DNA from: Trichoplax sp. H2
Taxonomy: Eukaryota
DNA length: 20,000 nt
Assembly (NCBI GenBank): GCA_003344405.1
Contig: NOWV01000260.1
Coordinates: 61,747-81,746, forward strand
Reading direction: 5' to 3'
Part shown: in pieces, positions 10,835 to 20,000 of the stretch
Layout of the letters: each line of letters opens with the position of its first letter
Numbering within the stretch: the first letter of the stretch is position 1
The notes under the pieces: generated by a model
What the model was told of the DNA's origin: nothing
Seen by the model: the letters and a program-made list of their open reading frames with translations, nothing else
The model's database searches: none
Made by a program: the position numbers and the translations under genes

Positions 10835-12118
10835 ATTCTAAAATCGTAGTAAGCGGCAATCGAGGACGTAACTTTCATCTCGGCCTACTGTATGGATCGC
10901 CAAATTATCAATTTGAATCAATTGCGATTATCAATACTTTAACGGAGGCTGCTAACGTTAGCATTTTCAATTTATTCGATAAAAGTAAAGCAAGTTATTT
11001 TATTCCTGCTAATTCGTCAAGAAAAGTAATATTTGATCAAAAGCTTCTGAATAAGGACGTCGGATTGACTAATAGAAGTGTTATAGTTTCCTCAGACAAT
11101 GATATCCAAATGGACGTTTATCAAATGCACCCATTAAGTGGTGATGGTTATTTAGCCCTTCCTACTAATGCTATGGGCCCAGAATATGTTATTACGACGT
11201 ACACCCCTACTATTGCATCACAATTTTTAGTACTAGCTCACATTAATAGTACTGAAATTTTTATTAGTTTCCCAAGTGAGACGTCGTACCTTGGTCAAAC
11301 TTACTCAAGAAAGCGAATGCTTCATGTTGCCATTCCTCATGAACATGGATTCTTTTTTAGTTCCACTAAAGATTTAACTGGCACTCTCATCTATTCTAAT
11401 CACGACTTAGTAGTTATTGCTGGTAATCCATGTACTACCATCCCTTTGGGTGTACAATACTGCGATTTCCTGATAGAGCAACTTCTACCTACTCGTCAAT
11501 TGGGTAGAAACTATCTCCTAGGTAATTTTGCAGATAGAAAGTTCGGCGATATTTATCGTGTAGTAGCTGCATCACCCAATATAACTACAGTTTGGATAAA
11601 TACTATCCAGCAAAACTTAACTCTGCCTCAGGGATCATTTATTGAATTTGATATCATAGGCGGCAACAATACCTATCTCAGTTGTAGTCAAGAATGTCTC
11701 GTAGTTCATTTTAATAAGGGCTTTCGAACCGATAATGTCTTAACCGATTCAATGATGGTTATAGTTGCTGATATGGAACAATATAGATCAGAATATGTCC
11801 TGAGCACTTTACCATCAGAGAGTAGTTATAATATAGATCGGCTTTATTTGAATATCTATATTTCAACGATTTATAAAGACGGGTTGTTATTGGATGGAGT
11901 CATCATGAAAAGTTTACAGTGGAAAGAAATTTTTATAAATACGACTGTAAATGACTCATCTATAAATTATCTTTACACTGCAATAGCAATAAAACCTGGC
12001 CGGCATATTCTCCATCACATTAACAATAGCGCTACTTTTGGTGTTACTCAATATGGATATGGCCAAGCCACAGCTTATGGCTTATTAGCTGGAATAAAAT
12101 TGAATTTTACTGCTCGAT
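10835..12118 (+). CDS. Receptor exon 2: IgGFc-binding (FCGBP N-terminal-like) domain
   Basis: Acceptor TTAG|AT and donor CGAT|GTAAGT. Motifs GNRGRNFHLG, SGDGYLALPTNAMGPEYVI, DLTGTLIYSNHDLVVIAGNPC, CDFLIEQLLPTRQLGRNY, YGYGQATAYGLLAG are typical of this domain. The ORF extends upstream of the track's 11065 start. Confidence 0.9.
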
Positions 12119-12572
12119 GTAAGTACAAATTCATTGCCATCTCATATTCATCACACACGGCATTTACTACTTCAATCACGACTACTTCATGATAGCAATA
12201 CTATCCGCGTGCTAAAAATTAGAGAATCAATAACTTTCTTTACTAATATTCTAAGCTAATATCAACTACCAAATTCCTCAATAGATCGTTTATATTTGCT
12301 TTTACTATGCGATAATTCTTGGATCATCATATCTTATTCACAGAGATGAACTTGTCGTTCTTCAGTGATATACCGACATTGGTTTTAGTCTTAAGTAATA
12401 TAATTATTCATGTTTCTTACTACGTATCAAAAAAATTAGGAGGGGGGTATCAATTATGTATAAATTAGGATAGCAGTAATGGGTAACATCCTAAAACTCG
12501 AAACTTACTGTCAGTTTTCTGACACTAACTTAATTCAATTCTGCTTAACTTTGTAATTATCGATATTTGCAG

Positions 12573-12857
12573 ATGCTCCTAGGATTGTCCAACAACCGCG
12601 AAGTATTAATATAACGGAAGATAAAAATGGTTTTTTGGAATGCAATGCAACTGCTTCACCTGAACCCATCATAATTTGGCTAAAAAATGGAATAGATCTT
12701 GAAGCTGATATAAACGGGACGCACTTAAAAGACTTTCATCTCTATGGCAGATATAATTTTCTTCGTGCAGATGCAAATGATGAAGGACAATATCAGTGCA
12801 AGTATACTAATGATGTGGGCAATGCAATCAGTAAAATTGCAAACGTTTTCGTTTTTC
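12573..12857 (+). CDS. Receptor exon 3: Ig I-set domain
   Basis: APRIVQQP...LECNATASPEPIIIWLKNG...DEGQYQC. Flanked by GCAG| and |GTAAGT; phase 1-1. Confidence 0.92.
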
Positions 12858-13259
12858 GTAAGTAACTGAAACGAAACCATACTGTCAATCAGACAAAGAT
12901 TAATATTACTATCATAGTAAATAAAGTATAAATGCAATTAAAAGATTCCAAGAATTGAAACTGAAAGAGAGGCTTTCGTTCATAGTAATAGTCAGTTAGC
13001 ACCGCATGATAACCGTTGTCAATCACACCAAATTTTATTAGCCTTTATCGATTACAATTTTTGCAATGTTAGAATCTAATAATTAAACTGCATGTTGTAA
13101 ACAAACTATAATATTTGCTATATTACTTTCTAATTTGTTATTTCATATGTCAAAGTTAACTAAGGGGCTCTTTATCGAAAGAATGAAATTACTACTTATC
13201 TAAGTTAATAATTGGTCTTGCTATTTCAATACCTTATGCAAACCCTATATCTGTTAAAG

Positions 13260-13574
13260 GGCCACCTGATCCAGTCAGAAATGTCGAAGTACGCAATATT
13301 ACGTCGTTTGGCTTAAATATTTCATGGCTTCCTCCCGAATTTGATGGGCGCCAACCGATTACGAATTACACAGTCCGTCTACTTAATTATCGAAATACAA
13401 CTCTAAAACATCCTTGTCAATTCAGTTATATCCGTGATGGATGCATTATTGAAAATACCGCTACATATTATTCAAACTTAACACCCTATACAATTTATTA
13501 CTTGGCGATCGAGGCGAATAATATCGTTGGTGAAAGTCTTTCTCAATTTATTAAAGTCTGGACCGATGAATTCT
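13260..13574 (+). CDS. Receptor exon 4: FN3 domain 1 (not in ORF track)
   Basis: PPDPVRNVEVRNITSFGLNISWLPPEFDGRQPITNYTV...NLTPYTIYYLAIEANNIVGES. 315 nt, phase 1-1, donor GTAAGT. Confidence 0.92.
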
Positions 13575-14090
13575 GTAAGTAAAGCATTAAATTGATGATC
13601 GTAATGTGTAATAATATTTTATAACATAGGTGTACATGGTGCAACTATTATGCAATTTTTTCAACTCTAGCGGTATGATAAATTGTTATCATTTACAATG
13701 TAAAATCTAGAAAATTAATTTGCAATCTTGAATAAATAGACCTCATATAAATTCCTAAAGAATGTTAAAAAGTCATCCATTCTATTTAAATTTAGCTTTC
13801 TATCAAAAGATATTGTATATTTAATATTCAATTAAGGAATTAAATTTCTTAGCAAATTAAAAGTACTGTAATTTTATAAATTAAATTGTTTTGCAAATAT
13901 AAAATATGTAACAAATTTTGCATCGTGGATGTTCAGAAAAGTAAAATATTGCTGTCTATGACGTACTTTTATGAGTACATAATTACTCAAAGAAACATTT
14001 ATGAAGATTTAGTACACACATAAGGACGTTTAGCATATTTTTAACCATTTTTTCTCCAATGCGTTTTTCCTGCAACTATTGATGAACTAG

Positions 14091-14396
14091 ATCCAAAAGG
14101 TCAAGTTCAGAATTTACATGCGCTTGGCTATAATTTAACGACAATTAAAATAACATGGAAACCTCCAAGATACCCTAATGGTAAAATTGGGTATCTGGTA
14201 TATCAGTGGAGCATTTATCCAATAAATGGAACCGATACAAGATTAAATTTTCTCTACAACGGAACAGACACGTATACTTATACTTATGGCCTATTGAGAA
14301 ATTCTACTCGTTACTATCAAGTGATTCCGTATAATATCAAATATAGTTTATTCGGCAATGACAGCGATATTGTCAACGGAACAAATTTCATACAAG
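14091..14396 (+). CDS. Receptor exon 5: FN3 domain 2
   Basis: PKGQVQNLHALGYNLTTIKITWKPPRYPNGKIGYLVY...GLLRNSTRYYQVIPYN. 306 nt, donor AAG|GTAAG. Confidence 0.9.
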
Positions 14397-14493
14397 GTAA
14401 GAATAGAAATATTGATATTTTATCTTGCTTGGACGATTCAAATACTCAGCAGAAAATTTTATGTTTATCTTGGATTATTTTATAATATTATAG

Positions 14494-14787
14494 CACCATT
14501 AGGCTATTCGCAGAAAATAAATGGCATTCCAGCCTTATTTTCAATTCATCTGACATGGCTACCACCTCCAATTTCCGATCGAGGAGGTGTTATCATTTCT
14601 TACAGCATCAAATACAACTCCAGTAAATGGAATCATAATAACGTCACTATCACAAAAAGTGCGAACACCTCCATTATATTGCATAATTTAATTCCATTCA
14701 TGGAATATAAAATAACAATTAAAGCCGCAACAGCTGCTGGATATGGCCCTGAAAGCCCATCTTTATTTATTACTACACTTCAAGCCG
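14494..14787 (+). CDS. Receptor exon 6: FN3 domain 3
   Basis: SIHLTWLPPPISDRGGVIISYSIKY...NLIPFMEYKITIKAATAAGYGPES. 294 nt, phase 1-1. Confidence 0.92.
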
Positions 14788-14890
14788 GTAAATTAAATCT
14801 TAAATTGATAGTAGCTAGTTTAAAATTTGAATAACTATGATATATCAGTTTTACATTAAATGTGCTAACATAAATGTTTTTTACCTACAG

Positions 14891-14961
14891 TTCCAAGCGT
14901 GCAGCCATTGCTACAAAATGTTTCTCTTGTTAACAATAATACTATTAGAATGGAGTGGGAG
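14891..14961 (+). CDS. Receptor exon 7: FN3 domain 4, first part
   Basis: VPSVQPLLQNVSLVNNNTIRMEWE. Acceptor CTACAG|, donor GAG|GTTTG, ends in phase 0. Confidence 0.8.
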
Positions 14962-15108
14962 GTTTGCTTATTCAACGATTGTAAATGAAATTTTGATTTT
15001 TTCTTGTGATGTTTTGGAATAACTTTGCATTTCCAGGTTTGAAGCCATACTATAGCCGAATTTTACTTACTACCTGAATGATTCTTTTAAATATATTTTT
15101 AAAACTAG

Positions 15109-15355
15109 ACGATCTCGACGAGAAATCGTCGAGGTATCATCCTTGGTTATTATCTACTACTTAGAAATACCAGATTTGGAACGGTTGAAAATCGAACTAT
15201 CAATGCAAATGAAGTCACTATGATTGGCAAGAATGAAAATCTGACCGCCAGCAACCTATTATATTATTCCTCTTATAAAGTATCTTTACAAGCATTTACT
15301 ATAGCTGGCCCAAGTCCTCGTTCAATCGAATTCGACGTTAATACCCTACAATCAG
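15109..15355 (+). CDS. Receptor exon 8: FN3 domain 4, second part
   Basis: TISTRNRRGIILGYYLLL...NLLYYSSYKVSLQAFTIAGPSPRS. Phase 0 to phase 1, donor CAG|GTATG. Confidence 0.88.
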
Positions 15356-16424
15356 GTATGCGAATATTCCTATGCGGTTTGATTAAAATGTAAAGATCTA
15401 TTAAAAAATGGCCTTACTAATAAGATTATAAAATTAATATTACCAAGAGAAAAGCAGCTCCAGAATAAACATTAATTTCAGTTAATTCTGTATATAATTA
15501 TAATCAAGACTTAAATCCAGTAAATAAAGTTATTACTAGACCATAGAGATTATAGTATTTCAATCTTCATATCTACCTATATATATTAGCTAAGCATCAT
15601 TTTCTTGATGCAAATCTTGATTAAAACCATAATTACTATGATTTTCTATGATTACTTTGAGAATTTCTCTGCATGGCAGCTAGCTAGCTTCAAAATGTGG
15701 CTCCACTGACTATTTTGATAATAGTCACAATAACAGATTTCTCGGTTTTATGCTCATCATAATCAATAGCTTTACAACACCAATTTATTTCAGTGTTAAT
15801 ATACAATATTGACTAAACTGTATTAAATAATGATTTCAATCTACAATATTGATATGATAATATATTCCCTAGCAAACGACATCTTTACCTACTGAAAATG
15901 TAATTTTGCATATCCACATACGTTAGATCGAATTGCTTTTGCCTTTATCGAATAATGTGTAGAGTAAGCCGATTCTGGATAATTTATTATTTGATCGATC
16001 TCGCACACAATTCTGAAATTTTGTAATTGTTATGTTTACGCTTGGCTAATTACATAAGATAATTAATTTAGTAGAGGTTCAGGCCTTTGAACCTTAAAAT
16101 CTAAAGCCACCATTAGGTTGTATAGGTCGTAGGCAAAAAATAAAATTGCATTAGCAGAATAATTTCAGACAACTGAATTTCGGATAATAATCTTCTAACT
16201 TACATCTTATAAAAGGGTATCAAAATAGGATTCCACTGACTTGTTATAATTTTTTTTAATATGGACCATTACAGCCGTAATGAATTCATATGTAATCTTG
16301 CATACCTAGAGCGAATTGAAGCATATTTTAGAAATATTTTGAGTCTTAAATTGCTAAAAATTATCAATAAAGTTTTAGTAAATTAAACTTTAATAATCTT
16401 ATTTGCTCATCATTATTTTTACAG

Positions 16425-16739
16425 TACCTGGTATCGCGCCATTAAACTTGACTGCTGTTCGAGGTGTTTACCCAGGTTCTATGATTAACCTGACATGGAA
16501 TCATCTGCCTTTAATTTACCAGAATAGCATCTTAATTGGTTATCAAATTAGATATTCTATTTATTTTTATAATAACCGAACCCAGACTAGTGCGACCATA
16601 GTCGAGTTAGGTGATTTTCAAGAATATGTGCTAACCGATTTACTACCATCTCGCAACTATTCTATTCAAATTGCAGCCGTAAACATGATTGGTATTGGAA
16701 AGTTCAGTAAAACAGTCACGCTTGCGACAGATTACGGAG
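16425..16739 (+). CDS. Receptor exon 9: FN3 domain 5
   Basis: PGIAPLNLTAV...INLTWNHLP...LIGYQIRY...DLLPSRNYSIQIAAVNMIGIGKFS. 315 nt, phase 1-1. Confidence 0.92.
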
Positions 16740-16865
16740 GTATACAGGATATTAATGTTTTCGAATAATTGTTCGTCTATTTTTTCAATTGTGAAATATA
16801 AAGATAATGATAGCAATTTCAAGTATTATTTTTAAACATGTATTAAAAAAATTCTTTTCTATTAG

Positions 16866-17147
16866 TTGTTACACATATTACGGTCATGCCTCGGAGTATA
16901 TCTGCCATAGCAGGTGACAACATAGCATTGCAATGTCAAGCTAACGGAGACCCTATTCCCAAAGTTCAATGGCTTATTAATAATACGAATATTAATCAAG
17001 CTTATCAACATGGTATTACTACCATTAATGGTAAGAGTACCTTAGCGATCAATAATATTGGTAATGCTGATAAAGGAAGTTACAGCTGCCGTTTCAGCAA
17101 CGCTCTTGGCATTAATTTAACGACTAAGGCTTTGGTTTCTGTTTACG
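16866..17147 (+). CDS. Receptor exon 10: Ig I-set domain 2
   Basis: GDNIALQCQANGDPIPKVQW...STLAINNIGNADKGSYSC. 282 nt, phase 1-1. Confidence 0.92.
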
Positions 17148-17311
17148 GTCAGATTGCAAGATGACTTTATAATCTTAAGCAAATTATAATAAACTCATAC
17201 ATAAATTTGCAACTAAACCACTATCGCTTTGTTATTATCATGTATCTGCGTGTACAGTTAACATTTTATTTTTTAATGTACTATATTTTATATCTATAAA
17301 ATATCATTTAG

Positions 17312-17419
17312 ATAACAGAACGGTAGGATATTGTCTAAGTGAAATCGCATCTAATATGAGATGGGTGAAGACGGCAAAAAATAGTACAGCGAAATCAAAA
17401 TGTCCAGTAAACGCTGCAG
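17312..17419 (+). CDS. Receptor exon 11: hormone-receptor (HRM) domain, first part
   Basis: YCLSEIASNMRWVKTAKNSTAKSKCPVNAA matches the HRM pattern C-x-W-x-T-x-CP. 108 nt, phase 1-1. Confidence 0.82.
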
Positions 17420-17566
17420 GTTGTGATACTGCTTTATGATTGATTATTATGGCAATAGTAAAGTATTATACTTAAGCAAGAAGCTTATTACCGATCTTTT
17501 ATTAAATTAATTAATAACCTGCTAATTATAATAAAACTAATGAACTTCCTACTTTATCATCAGTAG

Positions 17567-17688
17567 GAGAAGCATCTCGGCTATGTAAACTCAACATTAC
17601 CGACGAGAAAATCGTTCTTGGGCAGTATTGGAATGAAATCGATACCACAAATTGCACATCAATAAGTTTTCTTGGCATCGAGAACCTT
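17567..17688 (+). CDS. Receptor exon 12: HRM domain, second part
   Basis: GEASRLC...QYWNEIDTTNCTS matches the pattern G-x-A-x-R-x-C...W...D...C-x-S. Tandem acceptor CAGTAG allows an alternative start at 17564. Confidence 0.82.
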
Positions 17689-17866
17689 GTAATATAAAAT
17701 ATGTTACGCATAAATTTGTTTAATTAGAGAGTAAAATTCCACTTTATTCAGCAGAATATTAAGCGAATTTCTTAATCTATAACAAAGATTAATAAGCTAA
17801 AAGATTATTATTGTATGATTACTATACCATTCATACTTAATATGAGGTTGTTAAACAACTTTACAG

Positions 17867-18034
17867 GGACATAAGTTAGATACCCAAGGGCTAAAAGTGA
17901 GTAATGAAGTCCTGGATATTTTAATCAATAAAACAGGAAGCAGTAAGCTCTTTGGAGGGGACATCAACATAGCTATTGCTCTGCTGGATAAAATCAATAA
18001 TTTGTCAGCAATAGTACAAGAATCTATACTCAAT
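17867..18034 (+). CDS. Receptor exon 13: GAIN subdomain A
   Basis: ...VLDILINKTGSSKLFGGDINIAIALLDKINN. 168 nt, phase 0-0, TTTACAG| and |GTAAGT. Confidence 0.82.
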
Positions 18035-18245
18035 GTAAGTATTAGCTAAGGCAAATTTTTAAAGAATTATTTCTCTCACTTAAAGATATGAGAATAAACA
18101 TTTCTTTAATGCTTTACAAGTTTAAAGGACTGGTGTAATCTTTCCTGAACTAATACATTTTAAAAACATTTCCCCATAAATATGACTGAATTAGCCAAAT
18201 GAAGTATACTGGCATAATTAATGACTCACTTATTTCCAATTACAG

Positions 18246-18314
18246 AAATTTCTTGCAGTTCAAAGTAATTTAGTAGATCCTCGAAATAGCCAGGCCTGGA
18301 AATTTTCAAATAAG
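18246..18314 (+). CDS. Receptor exon 14: GAIN
   Basis: KFLAVQSNLVDPRNSQAWKFSNK, matching the latrophilin/BAI/CELSR-type SNLLDxxNxxxW motif. 69 nt, phase 0-0. Confidence 0.82.
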
Positions 18315-18446
18315 GTTTATCAATTAGTTTTCAGTATCATCACTATTTTTCGATCATTTAGGTTTTAAGTTTCGGATAGAAGCATAAATTCTGTAAAATA
18401 GCAGCTGTAATTATATTCATTTTTCCCTACATGAACATTTATATAG

Positions 18447-18561
18447 TTTTGTCCCAAGCGACCTAACGGACTATCAATACTAGAAATTGTGGAGCGGTAC
18501 GCCTCCAAAGTTGAAATAGATTCCAATTCCAGTACAATGGCAAATACTACCAAGAATTTAG
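18447..18561 (+). CDS. Receptor exon 15: GAIN
   Basis: FCPKRPNGLSILEIVERYASKVEI...TTKNL. Phase 0 to phase 1. Confidence 0.75.
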
Positions 18562-18910
18562 GTATTATTTGGCTTTGCATTCTTTCAATAATTTCAGATA
18601 TTTTAAAAATGTCTCGCTTATTTTTGAATGCGTTCAATAAAAGTACCATATATATTTGAAAATGAACTATTAAGATCATAGTCTTAAGATTGTACTGCAA
18701 TACCCAAATTTTAATCCTTTAATGTTCTGCTATGTTATATTTTCGTAAGCTACCTATTCTCAATATGTTACAATAATAAATATAACATATTTAATGATCC
18801 ATCTGTACTGTACTAGCTCAATTCAAATTAATTGTTGTAATAATGCCTTCCACGAGTTGATATTTTTATACAAATTATATGATATTGTGTCCTTATTGGT
18901 TTCTTTGAAG

Positions 18911-19033
18911 CGATAAAAGTACATGCAATTAATATTTCAACGGTTCCTCAAGAATTTCTTACTTGGGCTGATACTGAATTCGATAGTAAAATGAAGTTAA
19001 GGTTACCAGTAGAAGATATTTTAAAGGAACCAA
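18911..19033 (+). CDS. Receptor exon 16: GAIN subdomain B
   Basis: AIKVHAINISTVPQEFLTW...MKLRLPVEDILKEP. 123 nt, phase 1-1, donor GTAAG. Confidence 0.72.
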
Positions 19034-19288
19034 GTAAGAAAAACGGATTTGTTATAGCAACACAGTAACATACGCGTAAATTATAAGATAATATGTAATA
19101 ATTTTAGATAACTTTTATAAATAACAACAAGGATTACAATATCGATGTTTATATGATTATTCCGATGCTAGTTTGACTTTTACTGAGCGTCTAATTAGAA
19201 CATAGAGACAGTTATTTTGCCTAGGCTGTATTTTTTACAAGATATTTAATTACCTGAGATTCTAATTAATCGTTTTTTTTCAATGAAG

Positions 19289-19361
19289 TGATTAATAGGT
19301 GGGTTACAATATCGTATTTGAATCTTCATAAATCCATTCCAACAAGTCGGATTGGTAATAT
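19289..19361 (+). CDS. Receptor exon 17: GAIN subdomain B
   Basis: MINRWVTISYLNLHKSIPTSRIGN (YxNL motif). Acceptor T8-CAATGAAG|, donor |GTGAGT; an alternative donor after 19354 is possible. Confidence 0.65.
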
Positions 19362-19384
19362 GTGAGTAGTTTAAAGCATAAATA

Positions 19385-19739
19385 AGAGAAGACCTGGACC
19401 CACGCGAAAAATAACAACAAAAAGATAATAAAAGGAAATAAAAAATGAAACACTAAAAATCGGATATATACGCCGCGCGAGCGCAAAGAAATATATATAT
19501 TGTCACGACTCTGAAATTTTCTATATATATTTATGCAATAATGTATGCGCGATTCGTGGACCAATCGCGAATCGCGCATACATTATTGCATAAATATATA
19601 TAGAAAATTTCAGAGTCGAAACGATATATATATTTCTTTGCGCTCGCGCGGTGTATATATCCGATTTTTAGTGTTTCATTTTTTATTTCCTTTTATTATC
19701 TTTTTGTTATTATTTTTCGCGTGGGTCCAGGTCTTCTCT
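19385..19739. mobile_element. 355-bp palindromic (foldback/MITE-like) element in a receptor intron
   Basis: Arm 19385-19556 is the reverse complement of 19568-19739, with 5 mismatches in 172 bp and no gaps. Loop 19557-19567 is TGGACCAATCG. Termini AGAGAAGACCTGGACCCACGCG / CGCGTGGGTCCAGGTCTTCTCT. CpG-rich patches differ from the flanks. The inverted repeat is certain; mobile origin is inferred. Confidence 0.75.
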
Positions 19740-20000
19740 ATCTTAAATAACTGTTTGTTTTATTCCATCTGATAACATTTAAAAATTACCTGTAGAGATT
19801 ATCAACTAATTCTAACTAATAATTTTAGTCTAGCAAGCTCTCATTACTTAATTATATACGGGAATTGCTCTTGCTCTTTAATGTTACAGCAATTGCATTA
19901 CTTAATAGTTTTAGCGCTTGAAATTTGCTCACATTCAATTAAAGTTAAATTTTTTCTGTCAATTGACTTTAGCCAAGTTAAGTTTCACGTTTCCATTTAT

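Larger units (their letters stand above)
10616..19361 (+). other. Multi-exon gene for an adhesion-GPCR-type receptor: SP - IgGFc-binding - Ig - FN3x5 - Ig - HRM - GAIN (continues beyond window)
   Basis: 17 exons joined by GT-AG introns with matching phases give one uninterrupted reading frame of ~4247 nt. HRM followed by GAIN motifs (LFGGDINIAIALL, SNLVDPRNSQAW, LEIVERYA, YLNLH) is the membrane-proximal layout of adhesion GPCRs. GPS/7TM are not in the window. Confidence 0.8.

Noticed and set aside
16075..16094. Small intronic hairpin AGGTTCA-GGCCTT-TGAACCT
   Set aside because: A 7-bp stem is expected by chance in 20 kb.
17526..18700. Minus-strand ORFs 17526-17711, 17851-18033, 18365-18700
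   Set aside because: They are antisense to well-supported HRM/GAIN exons on the + strand.
19304..19772. Two nearly identical divergent ORFs (19304-19579 minus, 19545-19772 plus) with a hydrophobic, TM-like stretch
   Set aside because: They are mirror images produced by the palindrome. The F/L/I-rich stretch is just the T-rich arm, and there is no recognisable domain. Ribosome profiling would be needed to revive them.
19796..20000. Open frame after CCTGTAG| compatible with a phase-2 junction from exon 17
   Set aside because: The translation (DYQLILTNNFSLASSHYLIIYGNCSC...) shows no GAIN/GPS motif I can recognise, so it cannot be supported as an exon without transcripts.
1..20000. CRISPR arrays, tRNA/rRNA genes, transposase/RT ORFs, prokaryotic operons
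   Set aside because: No spaced direct repeats or such motifs were seen. The window is intron-containing animal DNA.

Overview
AT-rich animal genomic DNA with short GT-AG introns. The style suggests an early-branching metazoan such as a placozoan, which is inference only. The left third is a cluster of three intronless clan-3 (CYP3A/CYP5-like) cytochrome P450 genes: one 5'-truncated on +, one complete on +, one complete on -. The minus-strand copy has a non-canonical I-helix (AGFHTI). From 10616 to beyond the window end lies a multi-exon + strand gene. I assembled 17 coding exons by hand, all with consistent splice phases (~1415 aa so far): signal peptide - IgGFc-binding (FCGBP N-terminal-like) domain - Ig - 5x FN3 - Ig - HRM - GAIN (partial). 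This is most likely an adhesion GPCR with an unusual ectodomain; GPS and 7TM are expected downstream. The intron after the last recognisable exon holds a 355-bp near-perfect palindrome (172-bp arms, 5 mismatches, 11-nt loop), resembling a foldback/MITE element. Two of the CYP genes share a ~75-bp non-coding element about 300 bp after their stop codons.
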